This document shows positions 1-5,884 of a stretch of 6,469 nucleotides of DNA, in pieces. The notes under the pieces are model-generated. The model searched no databases, was not told the origin of the DNA, and saw nothing but the letters and a program-made list of their open reading frames with translations. Within the stretch, counting starts at the first letter, position 1, and each line of letters opens with the position of its first letter. This DNA comes from a virus: IMG/VR virus record IMGVR_UViG_3300045988_151419, positions 1 to 6,469 of that record, one strand, 5' to 3'. The translations under genes were made by a program, and so were the position numbers.

Positions 1-119
1 ATCGAGATAAAGTTTTTACAATCTTATGTATACGCTGATGATGAAATTCAAGCGTATGAAAAACTAATTAAACACCTCACTCACTATGTACAATTTAGAG
101 TTAAAAACGCTTATGGGAC
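1..119. repeat. Terminal redundancy of a circular genome: 1-119 is identical to 6351-6469, giving a unit length of 6,350 nt. Features inside it are listed once.
   Basis: Exact 119-nt match between the window start and the window end, read directly from the sequence. This is the typical artefact of a circular contig. The partial second copy of the lipoprotein ORF start at 6436 is the same locus. Confidence 0.9.
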
Positions 120-379
120 TGATTTGTTCCACACTCAAGAAGATTTGGGTAACCCTGACTTTGAATAAAAAGCGGTTGTTGATTGTTGTCCTTTCCGCTT
201 CTGTTGCCGCTGTTGCTCTGCTCGTTATATCTTGCGGCACTACCCGAACCGTTGTCCGAACTCAGGGCAAAGGTACTACTAATGCTCAGATTAGTGTTAC
301 CACCAATAATCCTACAAGTGTTTCAGTTGAAACGCGTTTGGATAGTACCAAATTGCAAATCAATAAAACTGGTAAATAA
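86..379 (+). CDS. Small putative lipoprotein. The ORF is 97 aa from ATG 86; the TTG at 161 or ATG at 113 are possible true starts. The signal peptide N-K-K-R-LLIVVLSASVAAVALLVIS is followed by Cys50 (nt 233-235), and the mature part is ~47 aa and Thr/Asn/Ser/Val-rich.
   Basis: The translation shows a positively charged n-region (KKR), a 19-aa hydrophobic h-region and a lipobox-like V-I-S-C. The stop overlaps the rep start (TAATG at 377-381), indicating translational coupling. Function is unknown. Confidence 0.45.
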   Translation: MYNLELKTLMGLICSTLKKIWVTLTLNKKRLLIVVLSASVAAVALLVISCGTTRTVVRTQGKGTTNAQISVTTNNPTSVSVETRLDSTKLQINKTGK

Positions 380-1620
380 TGTGCTTTTGTCCAATAACTC
401 GTAAAATTGAAAATCACGGTTTTACACGTATAGTTACACATCCTTGCGGTAAATGCTTGGAATGTGTTGCTCAGTTGCAAAACGACTGGGCTAACCGTAT
501 GTCTGACGAGTTCATGAATTGGAAACACGCATATTTTGGCACTTTCACTTATGGAAATTCTTGCATCCCCTATGTTGACGTTATTCCCTCGGAATTGCCT
601 GCCGCGAAGTTGGCTTACCTTGTTCAGGCTATAAAAAAAATTCCTCAGTCTGCTTCCCTTGCTAAGGCGCGTGCGCGTAAAGATGTATTTTCTGATTATC
701 TTACGCCTGATTCTCTTGAAAAGTTGTCTATCCGTGTGCCTTATGTTTCTAAATACGACATTCAGTGCTTTATTAAGCGTGTCCGTACATCCTACGAACG
801 CAAGTATAATGAGCCTTTGGAACTGAAGTATTTTATTTGTAGCGAGTATGGCCCTTGCACCTTGCGTCCTCATTACCACGGTATTTTCTTTTCAAACTCG
901 TGTTGGGAACGGCTTGCGCCGTTCTTCTATAAACATTATACCTACGGTGCTATTCGTGGATTTCACGAACTTGAATTGCGTAACGGTAATATTAGTGATG
1001 CTTGCGCTTACTGTGCTAAATATTGTTGCAAGCCTGCGGAGTTTGAAAACCCCTATGTCGTTGCCGGTCTTATCCCTCGTCCTTTTCGTCTAATGTCCAA
1101 AGGTATCGGAGAGGTTGAGCGCGCTAAGGTAGTCGCTGCTGCTAACTCTTACAAAGGAATCAAGCGTAATGGTTGTAAAGAGTACTACGGATATAATCCC
1201 GTTTTTCTCGAATGGCTGCGGCTCAAGTTGTCGCGTTTCTCTCAGGATAAATCCGGTAATTGGCATACCGTTAAGCAACCTCGCTATTATACTGATAAGT
1301 GTTTCCCTCAAAGTGTACATTATTCACAACTTTATAAATTACAACCCAATGGCGAATATCAACCCGTTATTGTCAAGACTATGCGGAAAAATTGCGATAG
1401 TCTGCTATTCCTTGCATATACGCGCTATATGGAAAATAGATATATTCAACTATGTAATGACAAATTTCAGTCGCTTAAAGCCCAATTTCCTACCTTGTCA
1501 GATTCGGAAGTCATTCATAGGGCTGAAATTGAACGTGTTCAGAATCTTCGCGAACGTTACGCTAAACGGCTATCGTCGTTTGTCAAATTTTATGGTAAAT
1601 CATTCCTAAAGGATACCTAG
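379..1620 (+). CDS. Replication initiation protein (rolling-circle HUH endonuclease, Microviridae VP4 / phiX A-like), 413 aa.
   Basis: Translation contains motif I YFGTFTY, motif II RPHYHGIFF (HUH) and motif III AYCAKYCCK (the YxxKY catalytic tyrosine pair). An N-terminal Cys cluster (CFCP...HPCGKCLEC) is typical of gokushovirus-like Rep proteins. Length and position next to the capsid gene fit. Confidence 0.9.
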   Translation: MCFCPITRKIENHGFTRIVTHPCGKCLECVAQLQNDWANRMSDEFMNWKHAYFGTFTYGNSCIPYVDVIPSELPAAKLAYLVQAIKKIPQSASLAKARARKDVFSDYLTPDSLEKLSIRVPYVSKYDIQCFIKRVRTSYERKYNEPLELKYFICSEYGPCTLRPHYHGIFFSNSCWERLAPFFYKHYTYGAIRGFHELELRNGNISDACAYCAKYCCKPAEFENPYVVAGLIPRPFRLMSKGIGEVERAKVVAAANSYKGIKRNGCKEYYGYNPVFLEWLRLKLSRFSQDKSGNWHTVKQPRYYTDKCFPQSVHYSQLYKLQPNGEYQPVIVKTMRKNCDSLLFLAYTRYMENRYIQLCNDKFQSLKAQFPTLSDSEVIHRAEIERVQNLRERYAKRLSSFVKFYGKSFLKDT

Positions 1621-1644
1621 TTAAAACTTAACCTATAAAAAACT

Positions 1645-3375
1645 ATGTCACATTCTTCTAAACTATTCGAGCAGCACAAGGTTCAGATAAAAAATAAATC
1701 TGGCTTTGACCTTGCTCACTCTAATTTTCTCACGCAGACGTGCGGAACTTTGACGCCTGTTTGTACCGTTCCTATGCTCCCCGGGGATAGTATTTCTCTC
1801 GGTTTTATGAGCCAAATCAAGTTGCCGCCTATGGCTACTTCTTTCTATGGTCGTGTCGATTATCGTCTTGAAGCATTTTTTGTACCTTACCGCATTCTTT
1901 GGGGCGGTTGGGAAAATTTCTACACTCAGCCTATTGCCGACCCTTACGGTTCTATGGTTGATCGGCCACATTGTTTGCCTAATTTTGTTGGTTCTCTTGT
2001 TCCTGATTTGCTTAATTCTATGTTTGGCCGTGGCTCTCTTGCTGATTACTTGGGTTTGAAAGGTTATAAACTTGCTTCTTCTCCTACTAGTGCTCAGGTT
2101 GCGCTTAACAATATTCTTCCATTTCTTGCCTATCATAAAATTTATGATGATTGGTATCGTAATGCTAATATTCAGAAGCCGGTTTTTGTTCGTCATAATA
2201 GTTATGATGAAAAAACTGCTTTGTCTGGTTGTCCTTATATAAGTACGACTATTACTGCCGGTAATATTTCGACCGGAGGTATCCCCGCTACTAATATTAA
2301 CATTGATGTTGCTGACTCTAACTCGCCACTTACTTCTATAGGTTTTGCTAATTATTCTGACGCTCCGCGCGGTGTTGTTCATGCTCAGCCTGTTTTTTCG
2401 GACGGTAAATCTTTATTTTCCTTAAGACAGCGCAATTGGTCTAAAGATTATTTTACTACCGCTACTCTTTATCCTCAGCAGTCAGGTACTACCGCGGGTG
2501 CTTCTATTTCTGCTGTTACTCCTGCCGAGGGTGATTCTACTCAGTTTACTATTTCTCAGATTAGGCAGGCTAATATTCTTCAGAAATGGCTTGAGCGCAA
2601 TAATATAGCCGGTTCTCGTTATGCCGACCAAATTCGCGCTACCTTTGGCGTGCTTCCGTCTGATGCCATGCTCGATCGTGCTATTTTCTTGGGTGGTAGT
2701 TCTTTCGGCATTTATACGAATTCTATTGCTCAGAGCGTTAATTCTGATAAGGGCTCTTCTGCTAACCCTTATTCCGGTACTGCTGGTGCTGACTCCGGTC
2801 AGACTTCCGGTTTTGGTAAAGATAGCCTAATTGATAAATTTACGGCTACCGAGCATGGTATTATAATGGTTATTGGCTCTATTGTTCCTCACGCTACATA
2901 TTCCACCGGTTCATCTCGTATGTTTGCTATGTCAAGTTATGGCGATATTCCTAATCCTATGTTTGAGGGCCTTGGACAGGAAAGCATTCTTAACGCTGAA
3001 CTTATTCCGGTTTCTTTCGATTCTTCTTTTGATAACAAGGTTTTCGGGTATGTGGACCAGTATGCTTGGTGTAAATATATGAATGACGAAGTCCATGGTC
3101 TTCTTGTCGACGGTGAAAATCTTGAATCTTTTGCGCTTCAGCGTTCTTTTGATTTAAATTCTGCTAAATTGGATAGTTCTTTTATTACTATTCCTACTGA
3201 CTATCTTGACCAAGTTTTGGCTGTTAAACAATCCGGTTCGGGTTTTTCTGCTTGGGCTAATATGTATTTTGACATTAAGAAAACTTCTCTCCTTAGTCAG
3301 TACACTATTCCTACGCTCGGAGAGCCTAAGAATACTCATACCGAAAGTATCCCTAACACTGGTAGATACCTATAG
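1645..3375 (+). CDS. Major capsid protein (Microviridae VP1 / F-like), 576 aa.
   Basis: The N-terminal region (KSGFDLAHSNFLTQTCGTLTPVCTVPMLPGDSIS) matches the conserved FD.S/H....T..G.L.P....LPGD signature of microvirus MCPs. Conserved YDDWYRN and LQKWLERN blocks flank a Ser/Thr/Gly-rich variable insertion. It is the longest ORF and is similar in size to gokushovirus VP1. Confidence 0.9.
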   Translation: MSHSSKLFEQHKVQIKNKSGFDLAHSNFLTQTCGTLTPVCTVPMLPGDSISLGFMSQIKLPPMATSFYGRVDYRLEAFFVPYRILWGGWENFYTQPIADPYGSMVDRPHCLPNFVGSLVPDLLNSMFGRGSLADYLGLKGYKLASSPTSAQVALNNILPFLAYHKIYDDWYRNANIQKPVFVRHNSYDEKTALSGCPYISTTITAGNISTGGIPATNINIDVADSNSPLTSIGFANYSDAPRGVVHAQPVFSDGKSLFSLRQRNWSKDYFTTATLYPQQSGTTAGASISAVTPAEGDSTQFTISQIRQANILQKWLERNNIAGSRYADQIRATFGVLPSDAMLDRAIFLGGSSFGIYTNSIAQSVNSDKGSSANPYSGTAGADSGQTSGFGKDSLIDKFTATEHGIIMVIGSIVPHATYSTGSSRMFAMSSYGDIPNPMFEGLGQESILNAELIPVSFDSSFDNKVFGYVDQYAWCKYMNDEVHGLLVDGENLESFALQRSFDLNSAKLDSSFITIPTDYLDQVLAVKQSGSGFSAWANMYFDIKKTSLLSQYTIPTLGEPKNTHTESIPNTGRYL

Positions 3376-3399
3376 TTTCACTTTAGATGATTATTTTTT

Positions 3400-3690
3400 A
3401 TGTTACATAAATCTATTTCTTCAGGTCAAGACCGTGGGCCCGCTTTTGAGGGCCTTGCTGTTAATATCAACGAAATTATCGAACACCATACGATTTCGGA
3501 CGCTTCTCAGGAAGTTTCTAGTAATGAACTTCAGCGTATAGAAGATATTGGATTTCGCATTAACGAGGATTTCGATATGTTCCGCATTCTTAAGTCTCAG
3601 TTAGGTGTAAAAGCCGCTAACGCCGGTATAGGTGCTTCTCAGGGCCCTACGCCTACCGCTGACACTCCTGCTGCTCCTGCTGCAGAGTAG
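3400..3690 (+). CDS. Small acidic hypothetical protein (96 aa) with a Pro/Ala/Thr-rich C-terminal tail; possibly a scaffolding-type protein.
   Basis: The ORF lies directly after the MCP stop and shows the same T-biased third positions as the confirmed genes. Net charge is acidic (many D/E), as in internal scaffolding proteins of microviruses. No motif was recognised. Confidence 0.45.
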   Translation: MLHKSISSGQDRGPAFEGLAVNINEIIEHHTISDASQEVSSNELQRIEDIGFRINEDFDMFRILKSQLGVKAANAGIGASQGPTPTADTPAAPAAE

Positions 3691-3699
3691 TCAACCCTT

Positions 3700-3760
3700 T
3701 ATGGGCGGTCGCTATATTGGCGGCCGTCCGCATTTCTTGCGAAATATATGCGGATTGACA
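3700..3760 (+). promoter_or_regulatory. GC-rich dyad-symmetry block. Its parts are gggcggtcgc...ggcggccgtccgc, a palindromic cggccg at 3721-3726, and a 7-bp hairpin tccgcat(3727-3733)/atgcgga(3748-3754) immediately followed by TTGACA (3755-3760).
   Basis: Inverted repeats were read directly. The block sits between the 96-aa ORF stop and the 105-aa ORF start, a position consistent with a terminator/attenuator followed by a -35-like hexamer. The -10 partner is weak (gaataa at 3778-3783). Confidence 0.3.
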
Positions 3761-3803
3761 CACTCCTAAAAATCAATGAATAAAACAAAATTGTTACAAA
3801 ATT

Positions 3804-4121
3804 ATGGGTACTACTGCTATTATCGCCGGTATTCTTTCGCTTCTTGCTTCAATTGGCGGATTTGCCGGTAAGAAGTTACACGATAAAAATGCTCGTGAAA
3901 TGACTAATGCGATGTCCGATGTAGATGATTCCTCAAAAGGTATTACTGTTGCTTCTGACGTCACCGGTTTGGCTGCTCAGGCTCTTTCTATGTTTTCCGG
4001 TTTCGGCTCTCTTCCGTCTAAGCCTAATTCTACGCAGGTAGCCACCGAATACTTTAAGCGTTGGAATGCCGGTCGCGCTAAGTCGCTTGGTCTTGCGTTT
4101 AATCCTCAAAATTTGAAATAA
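3804..4121 (+). CDS. Small membrane protein (105 aa). It has an N-terminal transmembrane helix (TTAIIAGILSLLASIGGFAG) followed by KK, then a hydrophilic body and a basic C-terminus.
   Basis: The hydrophobic 20-aa stretch followed by lysines is visible in the translation. The stop TAA at 4119-4121 lies 1 nt before the ATG of the next gene at 4123, indicating tight coupling. Codon bias is consistent with a real gene. Confidence 0.5.
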   Translation: MGTTAIIAGILSLLASIGGFAGKKLHDKNAREMTNAMSDVDDSSKGITVASDVTGLAAQALSMFSGFGSLPSKPNSTQVATEYFKRWNAGRAKSLGLAFNPQNLK

Positions 4122-4122
4122 T

Positions 4123-5406
4123 ATGGCTGTTTCTTTTTGGGACAAAGTCGCTGCTGTTTTTGGCGGTAAACGTCCAGAATATTACGAACAACGTAGGCGG
4201 CAACGCAAGCAGAATAACGGTAAGGAACAAACCTCGCTTGTCGGTCAAGGTCTTGGCGATATTTTCGACCGTTATGGCAATATGGGCGCCGATGAAAATG
4301 GTGTCCGTACTTCTGCCGGTAATTCGCGCGGTGATTCATTCAACAATACTCAACTTGCAGAAATGCAGTATAACCACGATGAAGCGCAATTGGATAGGCA
4401 ATGGCAAGAGGATATGTATAGAAAATATCAATCACCAGAAGCACAAATGCGACAGTATGATGATGCCGGATTAAACCGCGCTTTGGCCTATAATGGTGGT
4501 GTTGATATCAATGGCCCGTCCGGCGGTTCTGCTGCTTCCGCTGATGTTGCTACCTCTGGTGAATCTCCTACTAATGGCTTTCAATCTGCTATGAGCGTTA
4601 TGTCAACCGTTATGGAGTTGCTTTTAGGTGGTTCTAACCTTGCCACTTCTTTGAAGTCTATTAGTAACCAGTCGCGTAGTGTTGATAATGATACCTCGCG
4701 TACAACTGCCCAAAATGCTCTTACTTCTGAAGAGCAAAAGAAAACCGCTGAGGAAACTAAAGGTATTAAGATTGACAATGACCGCAAACAACTTCAGTTC
4801 ACTATTGAACAGGCTACTAAAATGGATGTTATTTCTCAGAAGCAGGCAGAGGCGGCGATTGCTGAATGGAATGCTGACGTGTTGGCCGGTACTCCTGTTG
4901 AAGAGGCTACTAAGAATATTCTTACCAAGTATAATATTGATAAGGAAAATCTTGAAAATCTCAAGTCTGATACCGATAAAAATAAGGCTTACTCTGCTCT
5001 AATTCGTGGTCGTAATACTCGTGAAGAGGCTAAGAATCGGGCCGATATTGCTGAGATTCAGGCGCGTATTGAGGAAATCGGTACTGAGGCTGAGTTTAAC
5101 CGTGTTCATACTGACGTAGAAAGGGAAATACATAAATCCGCTAAGGCAAAAGCATTTTACGACAAGTATGCTGCTGATAACAATTTGCCGCTTGGCGATT
5201 ATACTGCTATCGCTCTTTTCCGTAACTATCATTTGTGGTACACCAAGACTCAGGATGCCAAGTATCTTACTATGATGAACGAAATCCGCGATATGCTTTA
5301 CAAGAATATGGGTAAAGATTTCAAAATTACGTGGAAAGATGTCGGCGGTTACCTTTCTGGTGCTCTCAATTCCGGCATTAAAGCCGCTGCAATTCTTGCC
5401 AAATAA
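4123..5406 (+). CDS. Probable DNA pilot / minor capsid protein (VP2 / H-like), 427 aa.
   Basis: It has a basic N-terminus (RRRQRKQNNGK), a Gly/Ser-rich segment (NGGVDINGPSGGSAASADVATSG) and a long charged heptad-like E/K/Q-rich C-terminal half (EEQKKTAEETKGIKIDNDRKQLQF...EIQARIEEIGTEAEF) typical of coiled-coil tube-forming pilot proteins. The size and position after the capsid gene are as in gokushoviruses. Similarity was not verified. Confidence 0.55.
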   Translation: MAVSFWDKVAAVFGGKRPEYYEQRRRQRKQNNGKEQTSLVGQGLGDIFDRYGNMGADENGVRTSAGNSRGDSFNNTQLAEMQYNHDEAQLDRQWQEDMYRKYQSPEAQMRQYDDAGLNRALAYNGGVDINGPSGGSAASADVATSGESPTNGFQSAMSVMSTVMELLLGGSNLATSLKSISNQSRSVDNDTSRTTAQNALTSEEQKKTAEETKGIKIDNDRKQLQFTIEQATKMDVISQKQAEAAIAEWNADVLAGTPVEEATKNILTKYNIDKENLENLKSDTDKNKAYSALIRGRNTREEAKNRADIAEIQARIEEIGTEAEFNRVHTDVEREIHKSAKAKAFYDKYAADNNLPLGDYTAIALFRNYHLWYTKTQDAKYLTMMNEIRDMLYKNMGKDFKITWKDVGGYLSGALNSGIKAAAILAK

Positions 5407-5442
5407 ATGCTCTTCGTTTGGTGGAACGTCGTACCGTTTTAT

Positions 5443-5480
5443 AGGCTATAATCTTGTATTATAGCCTTATTTACTTTCGT
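5443..5480 (+). terminator. Candidate intrinsic terminator: a perfect 10-bp stem aggctataat(5443-5452)/attatagcct(5458-5467) with loop cttgt, followed by a T-rich tract (tatttactttcgttatttcttattttatttt).
   Basis: The inverted repeat was read directly. It lies 37 nt after the pilot gene stop and is followed by a long T-rich run. The stem is AT-rich with only 3 GC pairs, so its strength is moderate. Confidence 0.5.
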
Positions 5481-5511
5481 TATTTCTTATTTTATTTTCA
5501 TTCTTACAAGA

Positions 5512-5547
5512 CGCGCGCGCGCGAAACCGTATAATCGCGCGTGCGCG
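5512..5547. promoter_or_regulatory. Alternating (CG)6 tract cgcgcgcgcgcg (5512-5523) paired with cgcgcgtgcgcg (5536-5547). It is a near-perfect 12-bp GC dyad that could form a hairpin or cruciform and has Z-DNA potential. The loop aaaccgTATAATcg contains a TATAAT hexamer.
   Basis: Read directly from the sequence. Pure alternating CG is highly atypical in a genome that is otherwise T/A-rich. It is a candidate origin or control element. Confidence 0.5.
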
Positions 5548-5563
5548 ACCTTGTCCACCTCAC

Positions 5564-5612
5564 GTGGCGGCCGATTGCTGGCCTTTAATAGCAATGCAAT
5601 CTTGGCCGCCAC
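5564..5612. promoter_or_regulatory. Long nested hairpin. The outer 9-bp GC stem gtggcggcc(5564-5572)/ggccgccac(5604-5612) continues into gattgc(5573-5578), which can pair with either copy of a tandem GCAAT-GCAAT (5591-5600). Candidate replication origin (+ strand nick site) or complementary-strand priming structure.
   Basis: Reverse complements were verified by eye: rc(gtggcggcc)=ggccgccac, rc(attgct)=agcaat and rc(gattgc)=gcaatc. The hairpin is adjacent to the CG dyad and is followed by an extreme AT block. Confidence 0.5.
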
Positions 5613-5646
5613 ACTATCTATAAATATATAAATAAATAAAATATTT

Positions 5647-5678
5647 TTTGGTTATGTAATTTTAAGTATATATATTTG
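5647..5678 (+). promoter_or_regulatory. Candidate Bacteroidota-type promoter: TTTG (5647-5650), a 20-nt spacer, then TAtaTTTG (5671-5678, matching the -7 consensus TAnnTTTG). The predicted transcription start is ~5685.
   Basis: Matches the published Bacteroides sigma-AB promoter architecture (-33 TTTG / -7 TAnnTTTG, ~19-21 bp apart). It sits in an extreme AT-rich block (5613-5680). Host assignment is inference. Confidence 0.3.
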
Positions 5679-5734
5679 CCATCAAATTATGATTTGTTAT
5701 GCTTATAACTGATGATCCTAATAAAGAAAAAGAA

Positions 5735-5751
5735 ATCCTATTATATAGGAT
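5735..5751. promoter_or_regulatory. Perfect 7-bp palindrome atcctat-tat-ataggat followed by GC then a T-run (ctcctttttcttggtgtgtttctttttgg). Possible weak terminator or protein-binding site.
   Basis: Inverted repeat read directly; T-tracts at 5756-5760 and 5772-5779. Confidence 0.3.
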
Positions 5752-5777
5752 GCTCCTTTTTCTTGGTGTGTTTCTTT

Positions 5778-5805
5778 TTGGCTTTGTCCTATTGATTGTT
5801 ATAAT
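5778..5805 (+). promoter_or_regulatory. Candidate sigma70-like promoter with an extended -10: TTGGCT (5778-5783), a 16-nt spacer, then TGtTATAAT (5797-5805). It would drive the 76-aa and 82-aa ORFs and, through coupling, possibly the lipoprotein and rep genes.
   Basis: Hexamers were read directly. It lies ~80 nt upstream of the ATG at 5885 and overlaps the imperfect inverted repeat ttgttataatgttaa / ttaacataacaa (5796-5831). Confidence 0.3.
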
Positions 5806-5884
5806 GTTAATACAGTAACTTAACATAACAATAAATTGTATAACACATCATGTTGCGATATTAACCCACAAATTTATTTATATT

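Noticed and set aside
183-404. 73-aa + strand ORF (frame +3) overlapping the lipoprotein ORF (MLSFPLLLPLLLCSL...)
   Set aside because: It is a frame-shifted reading of the signal-peptide region. Its Leu/Pro-rich composition arises from shifting the T-rich codons, and the ORF in frame with ATG 86 gives the coherent lipoprotein signal.
633-640. A8 homopolymer inside rep as a slippage or frameshift site
   Set aside because: It simply encodes KK in frame (AIKKIP), and the reading frame is continuous through it. It is only a potential sequencing-error hotspot.
286-879. 197-aa minus-strand ORF overlapping the lipoprotein/rep genes
   Set aside because: It is Arg/Lys/Asn-rich, as expected from the reverse complement of T-biased third positions. 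It lies opposite a high-confidence Rep gene, and microviruses encode all genes on one strand.
848-1609. Overlapping + strand ORFs 848-1093 and 1169-1609 inside rep
   Set aside because: They are hydrophobic (Leu/Val/Phe-rich) translations typical of off-frame reading of NNT-biased codons, and have no independent support. An embedded gene, like phiX B, K or E, cannot be completely excluded but has no evidence.
1663-2382. 239-aa minus-strand ORF inside the capsid gene
   Set aside because: Same artefact: basic, low-complexity antisense translation of the MCP gene, with no start context or coding signal.
1847-3541. Overlapping + strand ORFs 1847-2059, 2621-2830, 2873-3082 and 3206-3541 inside or at the end of the capsid gene
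   Set aside because: Same off-frame artefact (poly-Leu/Ile/Val strings). They sit within a well-supported MCP reading frame.
4114-4125. Possible programmed frameshift fusing the 105-aa ORF to the 427-aa pilot ORF
   Set aside because: Frame +1 has a TGA at 4114-4116, leaving only ~5 nt for a shift, and there is no slippery heptamer. A clean stop/start arrangement (TAA-T-ATG) is simpler, so translational coupling is preferred.
3933-4339. Minus-strand ORFs 3933-4145 and 4106-4339
   Set aside because: Antisense, Arg/Lys-rich translations overlapping + strand genes, inconsistent with the single-strand gene organisation of Microviridae.
4160-4474. 104-aa TTG-initiated ORF overlapping the 5' part of the pilot gene, with a hydrophobic segment
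   Set aside because: It has a TTG start with no context and an off-frame hydrophobic artefact. It is tempting as an E-like embedded lysis gene, but the free-standing 105-aa TM ORF upstream is a better candidate and there is no conservation evidence.
4679-5002. 107-aa + strand ORF and minus-strand ORFs 4581-4787 and 4999-5232 within the pilot gene
   Set aside because: Off-frame or antisense artefacts, basic and Leu-rich, nested in a long coherent ORF.
5528-5535. TATAAT hexamer in the loop of the CG dyad as a stand-alone promoter
   Set aside because: There is no convincing -35 at the right spacing because the upstream sequence is the CG repeat. It is kept only as part of the dyad-element description.
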